From positions 17,615 to 81,614 of the forward strand of contig DASRZZ010000052.1 of NCBI GenBank assembly GCA_035685925.1: a stretch of DNA of 64,000 bases, in the 5' to 3' direction. Both the position numbers and the translations under genes were made by a program. The DNA comes from Syntrophales bacterium. GTDB taxonomy: Bacteria > Desulfobacterota > Syntrophia > Syntrophales > UBA2185. The notes below the pieces were generated by a model, which worked only from the letters and a program-made list of their open reading frames with translations, searched no databases and was not told the origin of the DNA. The first letter of the stretch is position 1. Each line of letters starts with the position of its first letter. This document shows, piece by piece, positions 1-8,028 of this stretch.

Positions 1-198
1 ACAAATGGGAATCATTGATTCTCAATGGTAGGGCCATGCGGCACAGTTACAAATAATCGACTCCTTCGTGGAATGTTTTTTTTGGAATTTCCCTCCCGAA
101 TCCGACGTTTCAAAATAAAATAAATGGTATGGGTAGTACCTAGAAGAGAAAGTTTTCCCCTACATTCCATGTATCCAGAAACAAGTTCTTATCAAATC

Positions 199-1284
199 CT
201 ATTTATATTTTGAGAAGTCCACTCCTCTAACTCGCCCCCGTTCTTCGAACCAGGCCACTTCGTTTATCGGCGGAGGCACTATCTTTTCCTGATCTTTATG
301 AACTAGGCGGATGGCCTCACCTGAGCAGGTGCTGACGCAAAGGCCGCACCCGATGCATCTTTCGGAATCGATTCGATAAGCCTCTTCCCCTTCTTCGATG
401 GCCTTCACCTGGCAGCGTTCATCGGCACAGATGCCGCAATTAAGGCATTTCTCTGCATCGATCTCAGCGTAATAATGGGAATTAATAACCTCAGAAGCCG
501 AGATACCAAGTTTATTTATGGCCTTCAGCATGCCGCAGCAACAACCACAACAGTTGCAGATATAGATATTCCCTTCCTGCACATTTGACGTAAGGTGAAC
601 CAGCCCCAGCTCTTCCGTTTTATTCAACAAGGCATAGGCTTCTTCCTTGGTAAGCACCTTTCCATGAGGCAATTTATCAAAGACACCGGGCACCGGGGCG
701 ATTGCCAAACAGACCTGCATCGGCCGGTCGCATGGGTGCCCCAGCAATGCCTGCTCTTTTTTACAGATGCAGTCATTAACCCAAAAGGATTGATTCTGCT
801 CGATGAGAGTGGAAACCTTTTCATAAGATAAGGCCTCCTGCTTGACTGAGATCTCTTTTTCGATGGGCAGCACTTGCATCAATTGGGGTGTTTTGGAAAA
901 TAATTGTCTCCCATAGACAGGCTCGTATTCCTCCACAAGTTCCGCCAATTCCCTGTCCATCCGTTGGTTTTGAAACTCGTAGATCCCGAAAACCCAAGGC
1001 ATCATTTTAAAGACCCAAGTGCCTCCAAAGTCGATGGCAAAAAGCTGTCCGGCCTTTCCCATAGCTTTCAACCTTTCCTCCAGACCCTCCAGGGGACGTC
1101 CGGTTCTCTTAGCCACCTGCTCGGCCGTTTCAAAGGACAGTCTCATATCACAAAAAAGTTCGGCTTGCTCAGGGGTAAAAATGTTCTTCAGTAATTTAAT
1201 CTCCACGCCGCTCGTCGTTGAAGGAAATGCATTCGGCAGGGTGTCCAGGACCCGGGCCAACTTGTGATAGATTTCATCTTCCAT
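199..1284 (-). CDS. Fe-S protein: winged-helix-like N-terminus plus Cys-rich and 2x[4Fe-4S] ferredoxin-type C-terminus
   Basis: 361-aa ORF. The C-terminal part carries ferredoxin motifs CLNCGICADERC and CIGCGLCVSTC plus a Cys-dense CNCCGCCCG stretch. The N-terminal ~90 aa look like a wHTH module. It lies 58 nt downstream of, and co-directional with, the PadR gene. Confidence 0.6.
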   Translation of the reverse strand: MEDEIYHKLARVLDTLPNAFPSTTSGVEIKLLKNIFTPEQAELFCDMRLSFETAEQVAKRTGRPLEGLEERLKAMGKAGQLFAIDFGGTWVFKMMPWVFGIYEFQNQRMDRELAELVEEYEPVYGRQLFSKTPQLMQVLPIEKEISVKQEALSYEKVSTLIEQNQSFWVNDCICKKEQALLGHPCDRPMQVCLAIAPVPGVFDKLPHGKVLTKEEAYALLNKTEELGLVHLTSNVQEGNIYICNCCGCCCGMLKAINKLGISASEVINSHYYAEIDAEKCLNCGICADERCQVKAIEEGEEAYRIDSERCIGCGLCVSTCSGEAIRLVHKDQEKIVPPPINEVAWFEERGRVRGVDFSKYK

Positions 1285-1341
1285 GTTTTCTCTCCTTTAA
1301 GTATTTTTTCTTTGACAGGATCAAAAGGATATTTGGGATCA

Positions 1342-1941
1342 TCATTTTTTCTTATCCTTTAAATTCAGTCTACCTATTTTTTCTTTCCTTTTCCCCTTTA
1401 CCGCCTCCTGCCCTTTCAACGCCTGATCGCACCATTCAACAACCATCCGGGCGTGCCGCCTTCCGAAATCAAGAGTCAGTCCCCAGTAGTAAGGGTCTTC
1501 AGAAGAGCCGATACTAGTCGAATGCTTTTTGATGACTGCCGGTACTTCCTTATCGAACTTTTGAAGTAAGCCAAGATGATGCTCCCGCCATTGCTTCAGA
1601 TGTTCCTTGAACTGATCCGGGGCCATCTGGTTTCCAAAAAAGACCTTGACCAGCATCGGCAGACGCGGCTCCGGCATTTCCGGCGGTTCTTCCAGCCAAT
1701 TTAGGAACTCCTTTTCCCCAGCCTTGGTCAAACGGTAGACCTTACGGCTTGGTTTTCCTTCCTGGTGCTCAACAATCGAGGTGATCCACCCCTGCCCTTC
1801 CATCTGCTTGAGGATGCGGTAAATATGGGGCAGGGCGGCATTCCAGAAAAAATGGATCGAGTTCTTAAAGGTGGTTTTCAGGTCATAACCCGTGGCCGGT
1901 TTATAACGGATCAATCCCAAGAGAGTATAAGGCAGCGACAT
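1342..1941 (-). CDS. PadR family transcriptional regulator
   Basis: 199 aa. The N-terminus LLGLIRYKPATGYDLKTTF...HIYRILKQMEGQGWI...KVYRLTKAGEKEF is a typical PadR winged helix. A long C-terminal helical extension is also typical of the family. Confidence 0.8.
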   Translation of the reverse strand: MSLPYTLLGLIRYKPATGYDLKTTFKNSIHFFWNAALPHIYRILKQMEGQGWITSIVEHQEGKPSRKVYRLTKAGEKEFLNWLEEPPEMPEPRLPMLVKVFFGNQMAPDQFKEHLKQWREHHLGLLQKFDKEVPAVIKKHSTSIGSSEDPYYWGLTLDFGRRHARMVVEWCDQALKGQEAVKGKRKEKIGRLNLKDKKK

Positions 1942-2269
1942 GATTGGTTTCCTGTAATATAATTATTAGTTCATATGAACTGAGGTATATATTAACTCGC
2001 ACCGTATCTCTTTGTCAAGATATTCTGACCCTCACTTAAAGTTAGAATTCTGCCTCGTCATTCGTTTTTGAAACATTGATATTCTGAAGTTTGCTTGTTG
2101 CTTCTCTGAAATGTTGTTTTCCTGATTACGCCGGCTCATATAGGATTTCAAACTGAATACCTCAGGGGTTTATGAAATAAAACATCAGGAATTACCTGAT
2201 TGACCGGAGACAGAGCAGTCGGATGAAACTTTTCATATGAATAGAGACGGAGGCAAAAATGAATCCGAA

Positions 2270-2642
2270 CATCAAAAGGCTTGCCTCATCCCGCCCCCTC
2301 TCGGAAACGGTAGCACATGGCAAGGCAAAGATCTCCCAGAGTAATACGCGCAACTTCCATCCCGTATGCCTGCCGCATTTACTTCCTCATCTATGTCTGT
2401 CGGGCTTCAAACCTCATTGCCTTCTCGCCCGGATGTGGCTGCCTCGTATGCGGTTGCTGTTCGTGAGGCCGGAACTTTGCCTACAGTTTCCTTCAGATCC
2501 CCGGTCCCCCGGGACACCTTTGCTGTTCCGCTAATGGTTCCCGCCATAAGGGTCCATAGAGGACTTTCACTCCAAAGTCATCCCCTTGGGCGCCACGCTC
2601 AACCGGAAAGCGCTTACGCGCTGCGCGCCATGCCTGGCACAC
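2270..2642 (-). mobile_element. Truncated group II intron remnant (5' domains only, no intron-encoded protein ORF)
   Basis: The minus-strand read begins GTGTG (GUGYG 5' consensus). It contains blocks I recognise from bacterial group II intron domain I: GGAGUGAAAGUCC, GAUCUGAAGGAAACUGUAGGCAAA, CACGAACAGCAACCG and GUAAAUGCGGCAGGCAUACGGG. The segment is a GC-rich island in an AT-richer spacer. I found no RT/maturase ORF and no domain V hairpin further downstream. The lower boundary is approximate. Confidence 0.5.
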
Positions 2643-2644
2643 AA

Positions 2645-2675
2645 TGAAAAGGCAGAGCCAAATGACCCTGCCTTT
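2645..2675 (-). terminator. Intrinsic terminator-like hairpin downstream of the receiver-like gene
   Basis: Minus-strand sequence is AAAGGCAG-(12 nt loop)-CTGCCTTT followed by TTTTCATT. That is an 8-bp stem plus a T-run, about 160 nt after the stop of the 2835..3179 gene. The intron remnant 5' end follows immediately. Confidence 0.4.
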
Positions 2676-2834
2676 CCGCTGAAAGTTAAAAACGAGTTTA
2701 CTCTTTAAACTTCCTCTTCGCCCCTACAACCCAAATTAAACCAAGACCACGAAGGAGGAACATGGTAGTTGGTTCTGGGCTCATGGTATATGTCATCAAT
2801 CTAAGACATACTAGTTCATCGCTTAGCCTGAAAA

Positions 2835-3179
2835 TCATGATAGTTCTTCCAGTGCCTGCCAAAGTTCAGAGATTAAAATGGGCCTTCTCAAACATAAGTT
2901 GGCCTTTAAATCCATATCTTGATTCTGGTCACGCGAATCTTTAATGTCAACTATGAACACAGAAGAAGATTCCAACAACATGCGTTGATCGGGATTGAGT
3001 TCTTTATATCCACCATTGGTGAGAACAACATCATACTGGTCAGCCGAGAGCTTGGCGATAATCTCATTACCGTCTTTCGCAAAGCCTGCCCTGTAACCAC
3101 GACCTAATATGATCTTGAGCAAAAACTCCGGTATGTCCGGCCTTTCATCGTGAATCAGCACTTTTGTCGAGAGTAACAT
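2835..3179 (-). CDS. Single-domain CheY-like receiver with substituted phospho-acceptor (pseudo-receiver)
   Basis: 114 aa with receiver-like (beta-alpha)5 periodicity (KVLIHDE..., DVVLTNGG, VFIVD, LRRPI). Aligned by eye to CheY, the acceptor Asp position is Asn (VVLTN), the conserved Thr/Ser is Asp, and the conserved Lys is Arg. Confidence 0.55.
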   Translation of the reverse strand: MLLSTKVLIHDERPDIPEFLLKIILGRGYRAGFAKDGNEIIAKLSADQYDVVLTNGGYKELNPDQRMLLESSSVFIVDIKDSRDQNQDMDLKANLCLRRPILISELWQALEELS

Positions 3180-3432
3180 CTGCCTTCCCTCAGGATTTTG
3201 TGTTACTGCTATGGTTTGTAAGTCGATATCAATTGAAGCAATTAATTCTCTTCAAGATCACCTTGTCGTCAGGTAAACGCAATAAGGTATCTAAAATCCG
3301 CTGACATATCAGATCCCATCGGCATCCGGCTGAAGAAATATTTGATATCCCTCCGGTATTCGAGAATGGCTCGAGAGCATCTCTGAAATACCGTTGTTTG
3401 CCAGATTGATTGTTTCTTCAATGTGGCTCTGA

Positions 3433-3621
3433 TCAAAATACGTCTCCATGGTTTTTATTTAACGCCTTTGCGACCTTCAATTGAGAATGCTTCCGTGTTG
3501 GCAATCCTCCTTCCATCTTTGAAATTGTCTGGTAGGCCAATCCTGCTCTCCGTGCAAGTTCGGCAATGCTCAGAGGAATGGATTCGCGGAAATGTCTCAA
3601 TTTGTTTGTTTCCATATTCAT
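3433..3621 (-). CDS. XRE-family helix-turn-helix protein (small)
   Basis: 62 aa. LRHFRESIPLSIAELARRAGLAYQTISKMEGG is a classic Cro/C1-type HTH. Confidence 0.7.
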   Translation of the reverse strand: MNMETNKLRHFRESIPLSIAELARRAGLAYQTISKMEGGLPTRKHSQLKVAKALNKNHGDVF

Positions 3622-3949
3622 ACCAAGCGTAAATAATTACATTTGTGGTATAGCATTATATCAATGACGAATTATATGATGTGATGAATATCACTCGTAT
3701 CCAATATTTGATTAGATTAATTAATTTTAATTAAGAAGCACTGCAATGCAGGAAGGCTTCCCTTGTCACGCAGAAGAGAGCCGCAGTGAAAGATTTTCAA
3801 CAAGTCTTCTTGAGAGCAGTCAATACAACATTTGAATTGGTAATAATCAAAACAGCGGAACTCCATCTGGAAATATGTTAAGAAAATGACTGGACCGCAA
3901 ATACAAATTATTTTCGCAAGAAACTCCAATTTAAAGAGGTGGCCTATAA

Positions 3950-4297
3950 ATGATTAGACGAAGTAATGAGATGCGAGAACAACATATTCATAAACTGAAG
4001 GAAGGAAAGGGGACCGTAAAGCTATTCCATTTGCTTGAAAAAGAAGAATTGTCGGGCAAGGGGCGGCTCTGTGCAAGAGAGGTCATAGAACCGGGAAGTT
4101 CCGTTGGCTATCACAGACACGAGGGAGATTTTGAGTTATACTATGTGCTGGAAGGAGAAGGCGTTTTGAATGACAATGGTTTCAAGACGACTGTAAAAAA
4201 AGGGGATGTGGTTCGTACTGGTAACGGCGAGTTTCATTCTATTGAAAATGTCGGAGATAAAAACGTTGAGCTTATTGCCATTATATTATTTGAATAA
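3950..4297 (+). CDS. Cupin domain protein
   Basis: 115 aa. GYHRHEGDFELYYVLEGEG...GNGEFHSIEN matches the two cupin motifs G(X)5HxH(X)3-4E and G(X)5PxG(X)2H(X)3N. AGAGGTGG lies upstream of the ATG. Confidence 0.75.
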   Translation: MIRRSNEMREQHIHKLKEGKGTVKLFHLLEKEELSGKGRLCAREVIEPGSSVGYHRHEGDFELYYVLEGEGVLNDNGFKTTVKKGDVVRTGNGEFHSIENVGDKNVELIAIILFE

Positions 4298-4433
4298 TCT
4301 TAAATTAAGTGGAATCCTTTAATCCCGTGATTTTCCAATTTTGAAAAATTGGTCTTGTGAGTCTTATTTGTTCCTTGCTCTGAAATGTTGTGTTTCAACA
4401 CTTTTCAGATGAAGTCAAGCTGGAGAATGTGTA

Positions 4434-6011
4434 ATGCGTAGTAAAATTATAATAGTGGGAACTGGTCTGGCGGGAATGGTTGCGGCCTATGAAGCTCAAA
4501 ATGAGGGTGCGGAAGTGGTTTTGGTAGACAGGGGGCCTATCGGCATAGGAACGAATTCATCTCTTGCCAACGGAGTTTTTGCCGCACCCATGCATTACTC
4601 TAGCTCCGATACATATATACAGGAGACCTGTGAGACAGGAAGGCATATAAATAATCAATCAGTTGTAAAACTCATCGCTGAAAAGGCCCCTGGCGCCTTT
4701 CAACTCCTCCGTTTATTGAATCTCAATGTCAGAGAAACCTCCAACCAGCATATTGTGGAATCGTCCTTGCCCGGCGTCATCCCAGGGGTGGTAATGATGA
4801 AGAAGCTGGTGGAAACTCTTAAAAAACTCGATAGGATAAATGTCATAAGGGGCTTGTATATTACCGAGATCATGCATGAGAAAAATCATGTATGCGGCGT
4901 AAAAGGTATAAACAAGAAAGGTGAAGAGATTTCTCTCCAATCTAGCGTTGTTGTGCTAGCGACCGGAGGTGCAGGGGCGATTTATTTGAGAAACGACAAC
5001 CAGAAGAAAACTATGGGACAGGGATATTATCTGGCCGCCAAAGCCGGTCTTCAACTATTGGACATGGAGTTCATCCAGTTCTATCCCTTGGTGCTTGCGG
5101 AGCCTCATCTGTCTCAGATGCTTGTATATCCACCATACCCGAAGGAGGCAAAGCTTATCAATGCAGGGGGCGAAGACATTATCAAAAAATACAATCTCGA
5201 AGATATCAATGTCGCGATCAGGAAAAAAAGAGATGAAATCTCTGCGTGGCTTTTTGCGGAAAGTGTTGCTGGTAATGTAAAGATGGACTTCCGCGATGTT
5301 CCTGATCATTTATGGGAAACCCATCCTCTCAGCCTCCTGAAGAAAATAAACTTCGATTTCCGGTCAAAACCTTTTGCAGTGTCACCTGCGGCCCACTTTT
5401 TTATGGGAGGCGTAAGGACCGACGGCAATGGCCAGACTGATGTAAATGGTCTTTACGCTTGTGGGGAAATTGTGTGGGGGCTGCACGGAGCAAACAGGAT
5501 GAGCGGAAACGCCCTCACAGAATGTATTGTAACCGGTAAAATTGTGGGTCATCATGCAGCACACTCATGCCGCAAATTTCCGAAAGTTTCTCTTCCTTAC
5601 GAGGAGATGTTGACAGCTGCAGTTCCCCAGCAGCCGCGGTTAAAAGAAGGTCTTAACGAGATACTTAGAACTATTAGAGAAACTGCCTGGAACCATGCTG
5701 GCATTGTGCGGTCCAGAAAAAGCATGCAAGATGGTCTTACAAAAGTTGAAGAGATAAAGCGACAGTTAAGTGGAATTACTCCTAAGAACCCGGCGGAAAA
5801 AATTCTCAGCAAGGATCTGGCGAGCGCTGTATTTACACTTCAAGCGATACTTACGGCGGGCATTGGCCGGCGGGAAACTCGTGGAAGTTTTATTCGCAAG
5901 GATTTTCCTCACGAAGACAATGTCAACTGGCGCAAGAATTCATGCCTGCGGTATCACACAGGGAACGAAGGCTTTTCAGTGGATTACAATCCAGTCTCGT
6001 CGAATACATAA
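4434..6011 (+). CDS. FAD-binding flavoprotein of the fumarate reductase / succinate dehydrogenase / L-aspartate oxidase superfamily (divergent)
   Basis: 525 aa. It has the N-terminal dinucleotide fold IIIVGTGLAGMVAAYEA, then VVVLATGGAG, AAHFFMGGVRTD, LYACGE...GLHGANRMSGNAL and RETRGSFIRKDFP. Several substrate-site motifs appear to be absent (see findings). Confidence 0.7.
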   Translation: MRSKIIIVGTGLAGMVAAYEAQNEGAEVVLVDRGPIGIGTNSSLANGVFAAPMHYSSSDTYIQETCETGRHINNQSVVKLIAEKAPGAFQLLRLLNLNVRETSNQHIVESSLPGVIPGVVMMKKLVETLKKLDRINVIRGLYITEIMHEKNHVCGVKGINKKGEEISLQSSVVVLATGGAGAIYLRNDNQKKTMGQGYYLAAKAGLQLLDMEFIQFYPLVLAEPHLSQMLVYPPYPKEAKLINAGGEDIIKKYNLEDINVAIRKKRDEISAWLFAESVAGNVKMDFRDVPDHLWETHPLSLLKKINFDFRSKPFAVSPAAHFFMGGVRTDGNGQTDVNGLYACGEIVWGLHGANRMSGNALTECIVTGKIVGHHAAHSCRKFPKVSLPYEEMLTAAVPQQPRLKEGLNEILRTIRETAWNHAGIVRSRKSMQDGLTKVEEIKRQLSGITPKNPAEKILSKDLASAVFTLQAILTAGIGRRETRGSFIRKDFPHEDNVNWRKNSCLRYHTGNEGFSVDYNPVSSNT

Positions 6012-6125
6012 CAGAAGAGTCCCGGGCACGTTCCAACACGTTAAGCAGATGAAAATAAGATTGTGGCCGGACAAGGCGTCACTTTTGATCTGTAATGTTT
6101 AGCCCCGATAACGTCCTGCAACTCA

Positions 6126-6155
6126 CTCCTTGTGTATCTGCTCCTTGTGTATCTG
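6126..6155. repeat. Perfect 15-bp tandem duplication (CTCCTTGTGTATCTG x2)
   Basis: Read directly from ...actcaCTCCTTGTGTATCTGCTCCTTGTGTATCTGcttgaca... in the spacer upstream of the dynamin-like gene. A TTGACA hexamer follows immediately. Confidence 0.8.
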
Positions 6156-6271
6156 CTTGACAAGATAACCTGAATTTGTTCAACTGCAAGGCAGGTGATG
6201 GAGTTCACCCGCAACCAAACCGCCCACAAGGCTGATAACTCCTACCAGCGTTATTCTGGAGGAGTTTTTTT

Positions 6272-7951
6272 ATGCCAGATACTACCCACAATGTCACGAC
6301 CGTACGCATTCAGGATGTTGTACGGCTGCTACTGAAAGACGTTCTTGAACTTTGCGACAGATTGTCCATTCTTTCCCTGAACCGCCAGATAGAAGCCTGC
6401 GAAAAACTACTTATTGAGAACCCGCCCATTGATGTGGCTATCCTCGGCCAGTTCAAAGCGGGGAAAAGTTCCTTCGTCAATAGCATTATCGGCAAATCCG
6501 TTCTTCCCGTCGGTGTCATACCTGTCACCACGGTTATCACCCGCCTTCAATATGGGGAAAAAGATAGGGCTGTTGTAAGATACTTCGATGGTAAGACATC
6601 CGAGATCGGCATAAGCGAAATTCATACCGTCACTTCTGAAGCTGAAAATCCATCCAATCAAAAAAACGTGGAGATGGTGGACATCGAAACCCCAGCTCTC
6701 AAAGATTACGCCGGCCTTAGATTGGTAGATACCCCTGGGCTAGGGAGCATCTTCAAGTATCACGTGGAAACCTCTGAAAACTGGCTTCCTCAAGTGGGGA
6801 CCGCCATACTTGCCATCAGTTCTGATCGTCCCCTTTCGGGTAATGATGTGCAATTAATTCGGGAACTGACACAATACACTCCGAATATCGTGCTCCTTCT
6901 GACCAAAGCCGATCTTCTTTCCCCGGAACAGCAGGGAGAAGTAATAAAATTTTTTGAGCAAACGATTCAGCGTGAACTTAACCGGCCATTGCCGATCTAT
7001 GTATACTCGACCCGTGTAAATACGGAAAAATACAAGGATCGACTGGAAGAAAGTCTGCTCTTTAAGTTATCACTAAATCGTGAGTTCGAATTCAGGAAAA
7101 TCCTCCAGCACAAGATGCAGTCCCTGACAAAAGGGTGCCTCGGCTATCTCGATATCGCCCTTAAGACATCTCTGCAGGCTGACCTTGACCGAGAGAATCT
7201 TCGTAACCAGATCATCGACGAAAAGGTCAACTTTGATCTCATCCGTGAAGAACTGACCATCATCGCCCGTGAGAACCAGAGACAGACGCGTACCCTCATC
7301 ATGGACTACCTCGAGCAGTTCCAGAGGCCCACTAGGAAGAAGATTGCCGAGGCGCTTGGAAAAGAGCTTCCCACGTGGAAAGGGAACCTGTGGAAACTCA
7401 CCCGGAGGTATGAAGAATGGCTCGCAGACCGTATGACAGAAGAGATGCGGAATATATCCTTGACGGAACATGGACATTTTTATGGAACCCTCAAGAAGGC
7501 CCATGCCAGTCTATCGCGGTCAATTGAGGCTTTCCGGAATCTTTTGGATAAAAATATTGAAAATGTTCTCGGTGTGAAACTGGCTCCCGCGGACTGGAAA
7601 ATTGAGGTGTCAGAACCCGATCATCCTGACATCAAGACGATCAGATCCTTTGACTTCCATTTTGATCTCATCTGGTTTCTCATCCCCATGTTCATCTTCA
7701 AAGGCCTTTTTGAAAAGCATTTCATTAGCGAGATACCCCGTGAAGTGGAAGCAAATCTCTCCCGTCTTGCCGCCCAATGGGAAGACCGTATTAACAGGGC
7801 TATTGAACAAATGCGGAAACAGTCGATTAATTATGTAAAGGAGGAACTTTCTACAATAGACGCCTTACTATCGAAGACACAGGGCCAAACGGATGAGATT
7901 AACGAGGCTATGCAAAAACTACGTGAAGGATTACAAGGCCTAATGGCTTAA
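6272..7951 (+). CDS. Bacterial dynamin-like GTPase (dynamin family protein)
   Basis: 559 aa. GTPase motifs are G1 GQFKAGKSSFVNSIIG, G3 LVDTPGLGS and G4 LLLTKADLL. A long helical stalk follows, and a hydrophobic segment (FDLIWFLIPMFIFKGLF) resembles a membrane paddle. Confidence 0.8.
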   Translation: MPDTTHNVTTVRIQDVVRLLLKDVLELCDRLSILSLNRQIEACEKLLIENPPIDVAILGQFKAGKSSFVNSIIGKSVLPVGVIPVTTVITRLQYGEKDRAVVRYFDGKTSEIGISEIHTVTSEAENPSNQKNVEMVDIETPALKDYAGLRLVDTPGLGSIFKYHVETSENWLPQVGTAILAISSDRPLSGNDVQLIRELTQYTPNIVLLLTKADLLSPEQQGEVIKFFEQTIQRELNRPLPIYVYSTRVNTEKYKDRLEESLLFKLSLNREFEFRKILQHKMQSLTKGCLGYLDIALKTSLQADLDRENLRNQIIDEKVNFDLIREELTIIARENQRQTRTLIMDYLEQFQRPTRKKIAEALGKELPTWKGNLWKLTRRYEEWLADRMTEEMRNISLTEHGHFYGTLKKAHASLSRSIEAFRNLLDKNIENVLGVKLAPADWKIEVSEPDHPDIKTIRSFDFHFDLIWFLIPMFIFKGLFEKHFISEIPREVEANLSRLAAQWEDRINRAIEQMRKQSINYVKEELSTIDALLSKTQGQTDEINEAMQKLREGLQGLMA

Positions 7952-8028
7952 GAAATTGATAAGTTTAAAGATGATACACATCATATTGGTTAGGTATTCA
8001 ATAAATCACAAAAATGGGAGGAATGAAT

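Noticed and set aside
2259-2647. Two overlapping plus-strand ORFs (91 and 93 aa), and the possibility that this GC-rich block is RNase P RNA because of GAAAGUCC.
   Set aside because: The ORFs are Pro/Arg/Ser-rich with no RBS, and they lie inside the sequence I interpret as a minus-strand group II intron remnant. I rejected RNase P because other universal blocks (for example the ACAGAA...GGCUUA region) are absent, while several group II domain I blocks are present.
3717-3929. 70-aa Cys-rich minus-strand ORF between the XRE and cupin genes.
   Set aside because: It lies in an AT-rich promoter spacer and has no RBS. The sequence is low-complexity and Cys/Phe-rich with no recognisable motif, so it is probably non-coding. 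It could only be rescued by conservation or expression data.
2092-4400. Direct repeat of CTCTGAAATGTTGT, with ~20/24 extended similarity, at ~2105 and ~4378. It flanks the intron remnant/receiver/XRE/cupin patch and could mark island att-like boundaries.
   Set aside because: An exact 14-mer repeat is expected several times by chance in 64 kb (about 2e9 position pairs against 2.7e8 possible 14-mers). No integrase or recombinase gene lies between the copies. I recorded it but do not consider it supported.
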